NCBI GenBank assembly: GCA_964648195.1
Contig: CAZYLL010000007.1
Location: 64,102-128,101, forward strand
Reading direction: 5' to 3'
From: an uncultured Anaerolineaceae bacterium
GTDB taxonomy: Bacteria; Chloroflexota; Dehalococcoidia; Tepidiformales; Tepidiformaceae
DNA: 64,000 nucleotides
The position numbers and the translations under genes were made by a program. A model generated the notes under the pieces. The model worked only from the letters and a program-made list of their open reading frames with translations. It was not told where the DNA came from and did no database searches. Below, in pieces: positions 29,360 through 39,527 of the stretch; the first letter of the stretch is position 1; every line of letters starts with the position of its first letter.

Positions 29360-31069
29360 TCAGTCCTCGCCGCGCACGAAGTCTTCGGGGCGGGCTGCAT
29401 CGCGGGAGCCGAGGTCGCGGCCAAGCAGCCTCAGCTCGCGCGAGAACCGGGTCGTCCGCTCGGCGATGCCGGCCATGTAAGTACGGGCCGGGGTGACCTT
29501 GACCCACAGGCGGCGGCGAGGGACGTAGAAGGTGGTGGCGAGGCCGACCATGGCCATGACGACGGCGATCCAGATGAACGTATCGCCGGGGTCACGGCGG
29601 ACGCTCACCCCCGAGGCTTCGAGCTGGCCACCGAACGTGTAGGTATAGCCCTGCTCGTTCTTCACCGGCACATCCCGGGTGAGAACGAGCGGGGCATCGC
29701 CGAGACCGCTGATGAGGAGGTAGGGCTTGCCATCTCCGCCGGTTGGCATCTGGACTGTGACCCGGTCATCGATGGCGCCGGGCATATCAGCGATGGTGAG
29801 CGCCGGTATCGAACGGGCCTCGAGGAAATCGAAACGGTAGCCGCCGGAGGTCGCGGATTCACCGGGCGTGAGGGAAACCGGGGACAGGCCGGGGCCGCTG
29901 AGGTTGAGCCGCATTTCGCCCCCGCGGAAGAACCAGCCGACGGCATAGGTTTCGACCTCCTGGGAGCCGGGGCTCCGGGGGAAGACGAGCACCGCCAGGC
30001 CGGAATCGTCGCCGCGGGACGTGGTGGGGCCGGGGTCGGTCGCCATCTGCGGGATTTGCTGGCTGAAGAGGACCTCGCCTGTCACGGTGGTGACCCGGAC
30101 GACCGGGACGGCGGCGGTCTGGCTGTCGAAATCGACCACGTCGTCGTAGAGGAGCTGGCCGTTGGGGGCCTGGATGCGGAGGCGGGCGATATCGTTGAAC
30201 CAGGCAGCCTGGTGGACCTTGTAGCCGAAGGCGTGGCAGGGGTCGTTCACGGTGGTTTTACAGACCTTCACTTCGTCGCCGCGGCGCACCTCGATCATGC
30301 TGTGGTAGTCGATGATGTTCCCACCCTCATCAAGGCCGCGATGAGCATCGAGCATGCGGATGAAGAGCTGGCCGGGGCCGGGATCGGCGAACACCGGGGC
30401 CGCAGGCGTCGTCTCGGCGATAACGAGCGTGCGGTCGAAGCCGGCCATGGTGGTCAGGAGGGCGCCGATGAGGAGCATGAGGAGCGCCAGGTGACTGATG
30501 AAGGTGCCGTACTGGCTCCAGGCGAAGCGGTCGGCAAAGAGGTAGACGGAGCCGTCGCGCTCGGCGACGCGTTCCACCCGGTAGCGCCGGCGGCGCAGGA
30601 GGGTTTCGACGGCGGAAGCGCCACCTTCATGGGTGAAGTCGGCCCGGTGGTGGGCACGCTCGAAGTAGGAGTCGGCAACGGTGCGTTGCGGGCGCTGGAC
30701 GGCACGCCAGGTGGGCCGAAAGCGGCTGACCGTGCAGACCGTAACCGCGACGATGATGAGCACCCAGAGACCGTTGAACCAGGCGGAGTGGAAGACATCG
30801 AAGAGCCCGAGGGCGTCGATGGTGCCGGTGAGCGGGCCGTAGGTCTCGCGGCGCAATTCGAGCCAGGCTGATCGGGCGGCCGGGTTGGCGCGCATGGGGC
30901 CGGGGACCTGGGGGAGGACGACGCCGATAATCCCGGCGGCGAGGGCCAGGCCAACCAGGAAGAGGGCGAATTTGACATTCGTTAGGAGCTGCCAGGCCCA
31001 GCGAAATGGGTCGAGGCTGCCGGGCTCGATGCGGGCACGCGGTTTATTGGCGCGCGAGGCGGCGGTCAC
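29360..31069 (-). CDS. resB: cytochrome c biogenesis protein ResB/Ccs1
   Basis: It has an N-terminal TM region FRWAWQLLTNVKFALFLVGLALA, a large soluble domain and a C-terminal TM. The GTG start overlaps the resA stop (GTGA). Confidence 0.85.
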   Translation of the reverse strand: MTAASRANKPRARIEPGSLDPFRWAWQLLTNVKFALFLVGLALAAGIIGVVLPQVPGPMRANPAARSAWLELRRETYGPLTGTIDALGLFDVFHSAWFNGLWVLIIVAVTVCTVSRFRPTWRAVQRPQRTVADSYFERAHHRADFTHEGGASAVETLLRRRRYRVERVAERDGSVYLFADRFAWSQYGTFISHLALLMLLIGALLTTMAGFDRTLVIAETTPAAPVFADPGPGQLFIRMLDAHRGLDEGGNIIDYHSMIEVRRGDEVKVCKTTVNDPCHAFGYKVHQAAWFNDIARLRIQAPNGQLLYDDVVDFDSQTAAVPVVRVTTVTGEVLFSQQIPQMATDPGPTTSRGDDSGLAVLVFPRSPGSQEVETYAVGWFFRGGEMRLNLSGPGLSPVSLTPGESATSGGYRFDFLEARSIPALTIADMPGAIDDRVTVQMPTGGDGKPYLLISGLGDAPLVLTRDVPVKNEQGYTYTFGGQLEASGVSVRRDPGDTFIWIAVVMAMVGLATTFYVPRRRLWVKVTPARTYMAGIAERTTRFSRELRLLGRDLGSRDAARPEDFVRGED

Positions 31070-31701
31070 CGGAGGCGCTCCTCGAGCTCCGTGAGCTGTT
31101 CCCGCGTGATGCGGCCGTAGTAGACGCGCTCGACGAGCCCGGCCGGGTCGATCAGGTAAGTGGTGGGCAGGCCGGGAAACTGGTAGGCGTTGCTCACTTC
31201 GCCGGAGGAATCGAGGAGGATGGGGTAGGTGACGCCGAATTCGTCGGCGAAGGCGCGGGCGGTTGCGGCCTGTTCCTGCTGGTTGACGCCGATGATGACG
31301 ACGTTGGCTCCAGCGGGGCCCTGGTGGAAATCCTGGAGGTCGGGCGTTTCGCCCCTGCAGGGGCCACACCAGCTAGCCCAGAAGTTCAAAAGGACGTAGC
31401 TGCCCCGGTACTGGTCGAGGGTCCGGGTCTCGCCTTCGGGGGTCTGGAGCTTGAAGTTGGGGGCAGCGCGGCCTTCGCGGGCGGCAGGGGAGCGGCCGGT
31501 GGGGTTGAGTGATTCGGGGAGGGCGATGATGCCGAGGCCGGGTGTGCCATTGCCGGTGGTGCTCCCGCCATCGCGGAATTCGAACCACCAGATGGCGAGG
31601 CCGACGGTGAGGATGACGAGCGCTGCGAGCCCCAGGGTGGAGCCGGGGCCCGAGTATTCGCGCCGCCGTTGCGGCCGTTCGTCGGGGTGGGTTGCAGTCA
31701 T
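31066..31701 (-). CDS. resA: thiol-disulfide oxidoreductase ResA/TlpA family
   Basis: It has an N-terminal TM helix and the thioredoxin-fold motif WASWCGPC. Confidence 0.85.
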   Translation of the reverse strand: MTATHPDERPQRRREYSGPGSTLGLAALVILTVGLAIWWFEFRDGGSTTGNGTPGLGIIALPESLNPTGRSPAAREGRAAPNFKLQTPEGETRTLDQYRGSYVLLNFWASWCGPCRGETPDLQDFHQGPAGANVVIIGVNQQEQAATARAFADEFGVTYPILLDSSGEVSNAYQFPGLPTTYLIDPAGLVERVYYGRITREQLTELEERLR

Positions 31702-31948
31702 GCGGGCGCCGGGATCGAGGGTATCACCGGGGGCGGCTTGGCGGGGTAAGGGAGGAGGGAGGCTCTATCGCGTCCCGTCGACCCAGACCATGAGATTCGC
31801 GCTCTCCATCCCCGCGGGGGCATCGAGGAAGAGCATATCGAAGGTCCCCTGCTGCCCCGGGCCCAGCTATTGTGCGTCGCTAACGACACTCTTCCCTCTT
31901 TCCTCTCGGGTCGCCATAATCCGAACATCTGTGCGATAGAGGCAGAGC

Positions 31949-34249
31949 ATGGCCAAGCCACCGCCCGCGTATCCTGTGCCGGCCGTGAGGCCGGTACCGC
32001 CCGCTGTCATCGCCGAGAAGGTGGTGGCAGACCTCCAGGCGCGGCAGACCGGGACCACGGTGCGACGGATCGAGGAGCGGCCACCGCGGTATGCCGAGTG
32101 GCCCGAGGGGCTGGACAGCCGCCTGGTCCAGGCGCTCCGGAAGCGGGGGATCGAGCGGCCGTACACGCACCAGGCGGCCGCGATCTCGAACGCGCTGGCC
32201 GGGAAGAACAGCGTGGTGGTGACTCCGACGGCGAGCGGCAAGACGCTGTGCTACAACGCGCCGGTGCTCGATTCCATCCTGAAGGACAGCTCAACGCGGG
32301 CGCTCTACCTGTTCCCGACGAAGGCCCTGGCGCAGGACCAGCTGGACGAGCTGCACGGGCTCATCGCGAGCATCGGCGAGGAGATCCGGACCTTCACGTA
32401 CGACGGCGATACGCCAGCGGACGCGCGGCGAGCGGTGCGGACGGCGGGGCACATCGTGCTGACGAACCCGGACATGCTGCACGCGGCGATTCTTCCCCAC
32501 CACACGAAGTGGATGCAGCTGTTCGAAAGCCTGGACTACGTGGTGATCGACGAGTTGCACACGTACCGGGGCGTGTTCGGGAGCCACCTCGCGAACGTGC
32601 TGCGGCGGCTGCGGCGGATCTGCCAGTTCTATGGCTCCGATCCGGCGTTCATCCTCTGTTCTGCGACGATTGCGAACCCGGGCGAGCTCGCGCGGGCGCT
32701 GGTGGGCGATGACGTGGAGCTCATCGACGACAACGGAGCGCCCTCGGGCGAGCGGATGGTGGTGATCCACAACCCGCCCGTGGTGAACCGGGAGCTGGGC
32801 ATCAGGCAATCGGCCCTGAAGGCGGCACGGGACATCTCGGCGCAACTCATCCGGGCGGGGGTGCAGACAATTGTGTTCGCGCCAAGCCGCACGCGGGTGG
32901 AACTGCTGTTGACGTATCTGCGCGAAGCGTTGCGGAGCAAACCGGGCGACCCCGAGCGGGTAACCGGGTACCGGGGGGGCTACCTTCCGAACGAGCGGCG
33001 GGGGATCGAGCGGGGGCTGCGGGAAGGGACCATCAGGGGGGTGGTCGCGACCAATGCGCTCGAGCTCGGCATCGATATCGGGGGGATGGGGGCGAGCGTG
33101 GTGACGGGCTACCCCGGTTCGCTGGCGAGCCTGTGGCAGCAGTTCGGGCGGGCGGGGCGCAGCCGGGAGGCATCGCTCGCGGTGCTGGTGGCGTCTTCGA
33201 ACCCGCTGGATCAGTACGTGGCGACGCACCCGGATTTCGTGTTCGAGCAGGGGGTAGAGCGGGGGCTGATCGACCCGGACAACCTGTTCATCCTCGCGAG
33301 CCACCTGAAATGCGCGGCGTTCGAGTTGCCGTTCAGCGTTGGGGAGGTATTCGGGGCACACACGGACGAGCTGCTGGACATCCTCTCGGAAGAGGGGGTG
33401 CTGCAGAAGGCGAACGGACGGTACCACTGGATGAGCGAGGCCTACCCGGCGGAGCAGGTGAGCCTTCGATCGGCGAGCACCGACAATTTCGTCATCATCG
33501 AGCAGGGCCCGGCGCCGCGGGTGATTGGCGAGTGCGACCGGCCGAGCGCGCCGCTGCTCATCCACGAGGACGCCATCTATATCCACCGGGGCCAGCAGTA
33601 CCAGGTGGAGTACCTGGACTGGGACGATAAGAAGGCGTTCGTGACACCGGTGGCGGTGGATTACTACACCGATGCGCAGCTGGCGGTTGAATTGAAGGTG
33701 CTGGAGAGCTTCCGGCAGGAAGGTGCGGCCGGGGGTTCGTTCGAGATGGGGGAGGTCTCGATTACGTTCCTGGCGACGATCTTCAAGAAGGTGAAGCTCC
33801 ACACCCACGAGAATGTGGGCTGGGGCAAGATCGCGATCCCGGAGGAGAACCTCCACACGACGGCCATGTGGATGAGCTTCGACGGTGAGGCCACCAGGGG
33901 GTTGGCGCGCGACGAGATCGCGAGCGGGCTCATGGGGATCGGGCACCTGGCGCGCAACCTGGCGCCTATCTACTGCCTGTGCGACGCGAGAGACATCGGC
34001 GCGGACGCGCAGGTGCGGTCGCCCTACAACGAGCTGCCGACGGTGTACCTGTACGACATGGCGCCGGGAGGTGTTGGGCTGGCGGAGAAGCTGTTCGATG
34101 CGCGGGAGGCGTTGCTGGCGGCGTGTCTGACGGTCGTGCGGTCATGCCCGTGCGAGAACGGGTGCCCGGGTTGCGTGGGGCCGCAGGTGGAGGCGGCGAG
34201 CGCGGCGAAGCGCGCGGCAGCCACGATGCTCGGGCGGCTTGCCGGGTAG
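31949..34249 (+). CDS. DEAD/DEAH-box helicase with C-terminal DUF1998-type Cys4 domain (MrfA/YprA-like)
   Basis: It has helicase motifs TPTASGKT, VVIDELH, SAT and QQFGRAGR. The C-terminal Cys cluster is CPCENGCPGC. Confidence 0.88.
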   Translation: MAKPPPAYPVPAVRPVPPAVIAEKVVADLQARQTGTTVRRIEERPPRYAEWPEGLDSRLVQALRKRGIERPYTHQAAAISNALAGKNSVVVTPTASGKTLCYNAPVLDSILKDSSTRALYLFPTKALAQDQLDELHGLIASIGEEIRTFTYDGDTPADARRAVRTAGHIVLTNPDMLHAAILPHHTKWMQLFESLDYVVIDELHTYRGVFGSHLANVLRRLRRICQFYGSDPAFILCSATIANPGELARALVGDDVELIDDNGAPSGERMVVIHNPPVVNRELGIRQSALKAARDISAQLIRAGVQTIVFAPSRTRVELLLTYLREALRSKPGDPERVTGYRGGYLPNERRGIERGLREGTIRGVVATNALELGIDIGGMGASVVTGYPGSLASLWQQFGRAGRSREASLAVLVASSNPLDQYVATHPDFVFEQGVERGLIDPDNLFILASHLKCAAFELPFSVGEVFGAHTDELLDILSEEGVLQKANGRYHWMSEAYPAEQVSLRSASTDNFVIIEQGPAPRVIGECDRPSAPLLIHEDAIYIHRGQQYQVEYLDWDDKKAFVTPVAVDYYTDAQLAVELKVLESFRQEGAAGGSFEMGEVSITFLATIFKKVKLHTHENVGWGKIAIPEENLHTTAMWMSFDGEATRGLARDEIASGLMGIGHLARNLAPIYCLCDARDIGADAQVRSPYNELPTVYLYDMAPGGVGLAEKLFDAREALLAACLTVVRSCPCENGCPGCVGPQVEAASAAKRAAATMLGRLAG

Positions 34250-34259
34250 GGGCAGGGCC

Positions 34260-34550
34260 TCAGAGCGACCCGGAGAGCATCGGCAGCAGGGCCGAGAGGA
34301 GCGCGCCCAGCTGGAGACCCTGGGCGACGGGTCCTTTCAGGGTGGCGGCCGCATTGACCTCGTAGTGGTTGCGGCGGCCGTGGCGCTCGCGGGCGAGGTA
34401 CCCGCCCTTTTCGAGGTCGGCGACGATGCGCTTGACGGCCCTTTCGCTGATATTGACCCGGGCTGCGAGGTCGCGGAGGCGGATGTCCGGCTCTTCGGTG
34501 ATGCAGAGCAAGACGTTTGCGTGGTTGGTGAGCAGCGACCAGTCGGACAT
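34260..34550 (-). CDS. winged-helix transcriptional regulator (small)
   Basis: This 96-aa protein has IRLRDLAARVNISERAVKRIVADLEKGGYLARERHGRRNHY, an HTH plus wing. Confidence 0.65.
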   Translation of the reverse strand: MSDWSLLTNHANVLLCITEEPDIRLRDLAARVNISERAVKRIVADLEKGGYLARERHGRRNHYEVNAAATLKGPVAQGLQLGALLSALLPMLSGSL

Positions 34551-34741
34551 GGATACAGGCTAGCGACGGCCCGTGATAGCTACTAGCGATCTGCAAGTTG
34601 TGAAACAGAGTACCTTTATCTGTTCCAAACCAGCCGCTGAACGGGCGGGCCTCGCCGGTTTCCAGGATGGCGCCAACTCCCGGCGTTAAGGGGGCTTGCG
34701 CAGGTAGCGTAGGATGCGGCCATAACGCTGCGGAGGTGCGC

Positions 34742-35392
34742 ATGGCTACGGCTGAATTCGCCGCAGGCTACCCCGTAACGGTTGACGTGCAACCGGCGAC
34801 AGGACCACGGGACAAGATGACGATCGGGTTCCGGGTCATCCTGGCGATCCCGCACCTGCTACTTGTTGGCGGGCTTGGATTCGCAGGGAGCGTCGGGGCG
34901 TGGTGGCTGACGTACGGTGGGCTCTTCTCGCTGGGCGTGCTGGGCGCGGTGGCCTCGGTGTGCGCGATCATTTCGTGGTTCGCGATCATGTTCGCGGACC
35001 AGCACCCCCCGGGGTTGCGGGACCTGTGCCTGTACTACCTGCGCTGGCGGACGCGAGGGCTGGCCTACATGGCGCTGTTCCGCGATGAGTACCCGCCGTT
35101 CGGCGATGGGGAATACCCGGCCTCGATCAACGTGGTGCTCGCCGAGGGCCAGCGCGACAAGAAGTCGGTGGGATTGCGGATTTTCTACCTGATCCCGCAC
35201 GCGATTGTGCTCTGGGCACTTTCGATTGCGTGGACGGTGACCAGCATCATCGCCTGGTTCAGCCTCTTGCTGAACGGGACATACCCGGAAAGCCTGTACA
35301 ACTTCGGGCTGGGCGTGATGCGGTGGTCGCTGCGGGTGGAAGCGTACGCTCTGCTGCTGGTGGACGAGTTCCCGCCGTTTTCGCTGGACTAA
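34742..35392 (+). CDS. DUF4389 domain membrane protein
   Basis: It has RVILAIPHLLLVGG and a second half RIFYLIPHAIVLWAL, each followed by WFAIMF/WFSLLLNGTYP motifs. Confidence 0.7.
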   Translation: MATAEFAAGYPVTVDVQPATGPRDKMTIGFRVILAIPHLLLVGGLGFAGSVGAWWLTYGGLFSLGVLGAVASVCAIISWFAIMFADQHPPGLRDLCLYYLRWRTRGLAYMALFRDEYPPFGDGEYPASINVVLAEGQRDKKSVGLRIFYLIPHAIVLWALSIAWTVTSIIAWFSLLLNGTYPESLYNFGLGVMRWSLRVEAYALLLVDEFPPFSLD

Positions 35393-35413
35393 CGACGGCA
35401 GGCGCGCTGGCTG

Positions 35414-36454
35414 CTACACCGGGAGCCAGTAGAGCTTGCCATCGCGCATGACCTTCGCGAGGCGGCCAGTCTCGAAAAGGTATTCGAGGTGGGCGATGGT
35501 TTCGCCGACCGCAGCGCGCTGCATGTGCGGTTCGAAATCAGCGAGGGCGCCGGTGGCCCACTTCACGCGGCCGGCGACTTCCCAGGCGGTTGAGCCTCCG
35601 CGGTCGACGCATTTCACCATCTCATCGAGGCGGAGGTGGTGGTGGTGTTCGATCTCGCGGAGGCGTTTCTTGAGGTCGGAGATCTCGAACTCGTGGGCGG
35701 GAAGGACGATCTCGACATCGAGGTCTTCAAGGATTTCGAGTGAGCGCATGTAGTCGCCCAAGGGGCTGCCGTGCGTCTGGGCGTGGATGCTGACGTTAGG
35801 CGTGATGGTGGGGAGGACGTGGTCGCCAGTGAGGAGGATTTTGCGGTTGGGTTCGTAGAGGCAGATGTGGCCGGGCGAATGGCCGGGAGTCCAGATGATT
35901 TCGAAGTCGAAGTCGCCGACCTTGAAGGTCTCGCCGCCCTTGACTTCGGTATCGGCCGGGACGGGGGCAACGTTGCCGAGCATGCCCATGGAGCCGCGGG
36001 CCATGGTGGGCGAATCGAGGGCGGGGACGCCGTTGGTCTGCATGAACTTGCCCATCTCATCGGCGAGGCCCTTCGGGGCGAAGTAGCGGTCCTTGATGAC
36101 CTCGGCATCCTTTTCGTGGAGGACGATTTCGCAGCTGGAGAGCTGCTTGAGGCGGCCGGCCATGCCGTAATGGTCCGGGTGGATGTGGGTGACGACGAGC
36201 TTTCCGATGTCGTTGGGGTGAGAGCCATGCTCCTTCATGCCTTCTTCGAGCGCCTGGTAGGCGCTATCGGTGTTCCAGCCGCAATCGACGAGGACGGTAT
36301 CGCCGCCGTCCTTGAGGAGGTAGGGGAGGACATAGGGCAGGCCCTTGGTGACGCGGGGATGCTCCTGGAGGTCGCGGCGGAGCGCTTTCGCGTCTTCGAT
36401 GGTGAACTGGGGAAACGGTGTGAGGAGCTGGTAGATGCCGTCGATGATGCGCAT
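35414..36454 (-). CDS. MBL-fold metallo-hydrolase
   Basis: It has the metal motif THIHPDHYG, then GHSPGH, and a C-terminal winged-helix-like tail. Confidence 0.8.
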   Translation of the reverse strand: MRIIDGIYQLLTPFPQFTIEDAKALRRDLQEHPRVTKGLPYVLPYLLKDGGDTVLVDCGWNTDSAYQALEEGMKEHGSHPNDIGKLVVTHIHPDHYGMAGRLKQLSSCEIVLHEKDAEVIKDRYFAPKGLADEMGKFMQTNGVPALDSPTMARGSMGMLGNVAPVPADTEVKGGETFKVGDFDFEIIWTPGHSPGHICLYEPNRKILLTGDHVLPTITPNVSIHAQTHGSPLGDYMRSLEILEDLDVEIVLPAHEFEISDLKKRLREIEHHHHLRLDEMVKCVDRGGSTAWEVAGRVKWATGALADFEPHMQRAAVGETIAHLEYLFETGRLAKVMRDGKLYWLPV

Positions 36455-36551
36455 GTGGGCGTGCCCCCGGGCTTGGCTCGCCGTCCTGGACTGGAAGGTT
36501 GGCGGCTGCCGCCGATACTACGCGAGATGGTTCACGCGAGGCAAAACACCG

Positions 36552-37463
36552 TCAGCGGGACGAGACGGCGATGGCAGCGGCGAGCAGGAGGCCGAGGACC
36601 AGGTTGTAGCGGGCGGTCGCCTTGAGCACGGGATTGAGGGCGCGGCCGGAGGCGCCGGAGAGGATGGCACGAAATGGCCGCGCGGCCCACGGCAGGCTGA
36701 TGAGCGAGGCTGCCCAGGCCCACTCGGCCGTGGAGACGAGCGAGATGCCGATTGGCACGACAAGGGCAACGACGAGCAGGATTGCGTACCAGGCACGGGT
36801 GCCGCGGTCGCCGAGGATGACGCCAAGCGTGGTTTTGCCGCTGTTCTTGTCGGTGGGGATATCGCGAAGGTTGTTGACGACGAGGATCTGGGTGACGGTG
36901 CAGCCAACGGGGATGGAGGCCGCGACAGCGAGCGCGGCGACATGGCCGGCCTGCACGTAGCAGGTGCCGACGACAGCGACGACGCCAAAGAACACGAAAG
37001 TGAACAGGTCGCCAAGGGCGTGATACCCGATCGGCCAGGGCCCGCCAGTATAGATGATGGCGGCGGCGATGCTGGCGAGGCCAACGGCGACAATCGGCCA
37101 CCCGCCGATGGAGACCAGGTAGACGCCGATGAGCATAGCCAGGGCGAAGACGAGCCACATGGCGGCGAGCATCTGGCCGGGGCTCAGGAAGCCCATCTGG
37201 GTGGCGCGGGGCGGGCCGAGGCGCTCGCTCGAATCGGCGCCCTTCTTGAAGTCGAACACATCGTTGGCGAAGTTGGCGCCAACCTGGAGGAGGAGCGCGC
37301 CGGCGAGGGCGGCCAGGGCAGGGAGCGGCTCGAAAGCACCAAGATGGATGGCCACGCCCGTGCCGGCCGCAACGGGGGAGATGGCAGCAGTCAGGGTCGG
37401 GAGGCGGGTCGCGAGCTTCCAGGCCTGGAAGGTGGATGGGCGCGCGGGGGTGGCGACGGTCAT
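36552..37463 (-). CDS. menA: 1,4-dihydroxy-2-naphthoate polyprenyltransferase
   Basis: It is a UbiA-family protein with Asp-rich motifs NFANDVFDFKKG and NNLRDIPTD and about 8-9 TM helices. Confidence 0.88.
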   Translation of the reverse strand: MTVATPARPSTFQAWKLATRLPTLTAAISPVAAGTGVAIHLGAFEPLPALAALAGALLLQVGANFANDVFDFKKGADSSERLGPPRATQMGFLSPGQMLAAMWLVFALAMLIGVYLVSIGGWPIVAVGLASIAAAIIYTGGPWPIGYHALGDLFTFVFFGVVAVVGTCYVQAGHVAALAVAASIPVGCTVTQILVVNNLRDIPTDKNSGKTTLGVILGDRGTRAWYAILLVVALVVPIGISLVSTAEWAWAASLISLPWAARPFRAILSGASGRALNPVLKATARYNLVLGLLLAAAIAVSSR

Positions 37464-38167
37464 GCGCGCACCGCGCTGATGGACTGGATGGCGCCGAACA
37501 TCGGGGAGCGGCGCGTGATGCGGGTGAACCCGGATGCTTCGATGATGCGGTCGAGCTCGGCCACCGGCGGCAGGTAGGACGCTGACTGCGGGAGGTAGCG
37601 GTACGCCCTGCGGTCGGCGATGAGGCCGCCGACGACAGGGACGACGCGGTTGAAGTAGATGCCGTGGCCGGCCGCGACCAGGCGGTTGCGGGGCTTATCA
37701 ACTTCGAGGAGGCCGAGGCGGCCACCGGGCTGGAGCACCCGCGCAAGCTCATCGAGGACCGGGGGAATGGCCACGAAGTTGCGCAGGGCGAAGCCAGAGA
37801 CGGCGGCGGTGAACGAACCATCGGCGAAGGGGAGCCGGAGCGCATCACCCTGGACAAAGATGCCCAGGCCCGGGAAGCGGCGGTGCGCGGCGGTCAACAT
37901 ACCGCGGGAGAAATCGAGGCCGACGGCGCTGGCTCCGGCCGCGCGGCAGATCTCGGCGAAATCGCCGGTGCCGCAGGCGAGATCGAGCACGCGGTCGCGG
38001 GGGCCAATGCCCAGGCGGCGGACGAGCTCGCGGCGCCAGCGCTGGTCGGCGTTGAAGGTCATGATCCGGTTGACGCGGTCGTAGGTCGGCGAAATGCGGT
38101 CGAACATGTCGCGGACGGCGGCGGCCTTCTCTTCCGGGGGCGGGAGAACCGACATGGATACATTCAT
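37460..38167 (-). CDS. ubiE: demethylmenaquinone/ubiquinone methyltransferase
   Basis: It has MFDRISPTYDRVNRIMTF and the SAM motif VLDLACGTGD. The start was re-picked at ATG 38167, with 38155 as an alternative. Confidence 0.88.
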   Translation of the reverse strand: MNVSMSVLPPPEEKAAAVRDMFDRISPTYDRVNRIMTFNADQRWRRELVRRLGIGPRDRVLDLACGTGDFAEICRAAGASAVGLDFSRGMLTAAHRRFPGLGIFVQGDALRLPFADGSFTAAVSGFALRNFVAIPPVLDELARVLQPGGRLGLLEVDKPRNRLVAAGHGIYFNRVVPVVGGLIADRRAYRYLPQSASYLPPVAELDRIIEASGFTRITRRSPMFGAIQSISAVRA

Positions 38168-38210
38168 ACCCGATTTCGCGCGTATGGCCTGTGGGCGCGC
38201 CATGCCGGTG

Positions 38211-38654
38211 CTAGCCGACGCGCTCGGCGATTTTGCGGGGATTGACGACGCGGGTAAGGAGAAAAGTGACCAGGCTGATGATGACGGCGCCCCAGAATGC
38301 TGGCCAGAAGCCATCGATTTCGAACCGGATGCTTTCGAACTTGCCGGCAATCCAGGCCGTGAGGGCGAGGAGGGCGGTGTTGATGAGGATGAGGAAGAAG
38401 CCCAGGGTGAAGACCAGCGCGGGGAGCGACCCGAGGACGAGCAAGGGCTTCAGGTAGGCGTTGAGCAAGCCGAGGATGAGCGCGACGGCGAGGGTGCTCC
38501 CCCAGCCTTCGAGGTGGATCCCGCCGAGCAGTTCGGCGGCCACCCAGACCGCGACAGCGGTGATGAGCCAGCGGGCAACGAAGGCGACGGCCCGGCCGGC
38601 GCCGGAAGGTTCGCGATTGCGGCCACCAACGGTAACGACGACGAAACCTGGCAT
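38211..38654 (-). CDS. 4-TM membrane protein of the phage-holin-4/YvlD-like family
   Basis: It has WLITAVAVWVAAELLGGI ... LILGLLNAYLKPLLVLGSLP ... LGFFLILINTALLALTAW. Confidence 0.65.
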   Translation of the reverse strand: MPGFVVVTVGGRNREPSGAGRAVAFVARWLITAVAVWVAAELLGGIHLEGWGSTLAVALILGLLNAYLKPLLVLGSLPALVFTLGFFLILINTALLALTAWIAGKFESIRFEIDGFWPAFWGAVIISLVTFLLTRVVNPRKIAERVG

Positions 38655-38690
38655 GGCCGCAAGTTAACCACGGCCGGGTGCAAATCGCGA

Positions 38691-39494
38691 TCAGGCGGCC
38701 TGCTGGCGGAGCATGGCGAGCATGGTCTGCTGGAAGCGGACGCGTTTCTCCGGGTCGCGGATCTCGGCGCTGATCCGTTCGGCCAGGGAGGCGACGGCGT
38801 CGCGGGGCAGTGTGGGGCGGGTGAAGCCCAGGTCTTCGACGGCGTCATCGATGATGATCTCCGCCAGGGGGCCGAGGGCGGCGGCGACGGCTGTGGTGAG
38901 GGCCTGGAAGAACTGGGCCCCCGCCAGCTGGCGGACAGGGGCCGGGGCAGCCTGCGGGGCGGCGAGGTCGATCAGCCCGGAGAGGCGCAGGCGGTAGAGG
39001 CGGCGGATAGCCTCGAAATCGTCGATGCCGAGCTCCGCTGCGATGGTGCCGGCGGTCGCCTGGCCATCGATGAGGGCGATGACTTCCCAGTCGGCCGCAT
39101 CGATGGTGACCGAGGGGGCGGGAGGCTTGCGGGCGAGCCGGGGGAGGGTATCCATGGAGGGGATGACGCGGCGCATGGCCTCGCGTTCGCCGGCGGCGCG
39201 GGCCGACTCAGCGAGCAGGACATCGAGCGGGCGGTCGATGGTGCGGTCGGGCGCGGGGAGCCCGGGCTCGAAGCGGAACTGGCCGTTCGGCCAGCTGAAG
39301 AGGCGGAAGAGTGCCTGTTCGCCCCACTCGGGGCCAGATTCGGCGTGCACGATGGCGCCCCCGGCGAGGAAGATATCGCCGGTATCGAGGCCGGAGGTGA
39401 GTTCGAGACGGCCGGTTTGCCCCCCGGCACCGAGCATTTTGAGCAGGTCTCCCAGCGGTAGCTGGGCGAGGCTGCCGGTGAGTCCTTCTGGCAT
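38691..39494 (-). CDS. PATAN/DUF4388 domain protein
   Basis: Its N-terminus is LAQLPLGDLLKMLGAGGQTGRLELTSG..DIFLAGGAIVHAE..GEQALFRLFSW. A middle wHTH-like block reads WEVIALIDGQATAGTIAAELGIDDFEAIRRLYRLRLSGLI. Confidence 0.7.
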   Translation of the reverse strand: MPEGLTGSLAQLPLGDLLKMLGAGGQTGRLELTSGLDTGDIFLAGGAIVHAESGPEWGEQALFRLFSWPNGQFRFEPGLPAPDRTIDRPLDVLLAESARAAGEREAMRRVIPSMDTLPRLARKPPAPSVTIDAADWEVIALIDGQATAGTIAAELGIDDFEAIRRLYRLRLSGLIDLAAPQAAPAPVRQLAGAQFFQALTTAVAAALGPLAEIIIDDAVEDLGFTRPTLPRDAVASLAERISAEIRDPEKRVRFQQTMLAMLRQQAA

Positions 39495-39527
39495 GGTTGT
39501 CCCTCCCGTTTCCCTCGGATGAAGGTG

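Noticed and set aside
29360-31701. The resA-resB pair without an adjacent resC/ccsA, as a possible anomaly.
   Set aside because: System II cytochrome c maturation genes are frequently split across loci. The downstream gene is on the opposite strand, so this is probably ordinary genome organisation.
31949-34249. The DUF1998-type helicase as part of an anti-phage system (DISARM, Druantia or Dpd-like).
   Set aside because: No methyltransferase, PLD nuclease or other partner genes are adjacent. The neighbours are cytochrome c biogenesis genes and a small regulator. The single fused helicase-DUF1998 architecture matches the MrfA/YprA repair helicase type.
38211-38654. The holin-family membrane protein as a sign of a prophage or lysis cassette.
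   Set aside because: No endolysin, integrase, capsid or tail genes are nearby. The gene sits between menaquinone biosynthesis genes and the signalling operon. This family is widespread as a chromosomal membrane protein.
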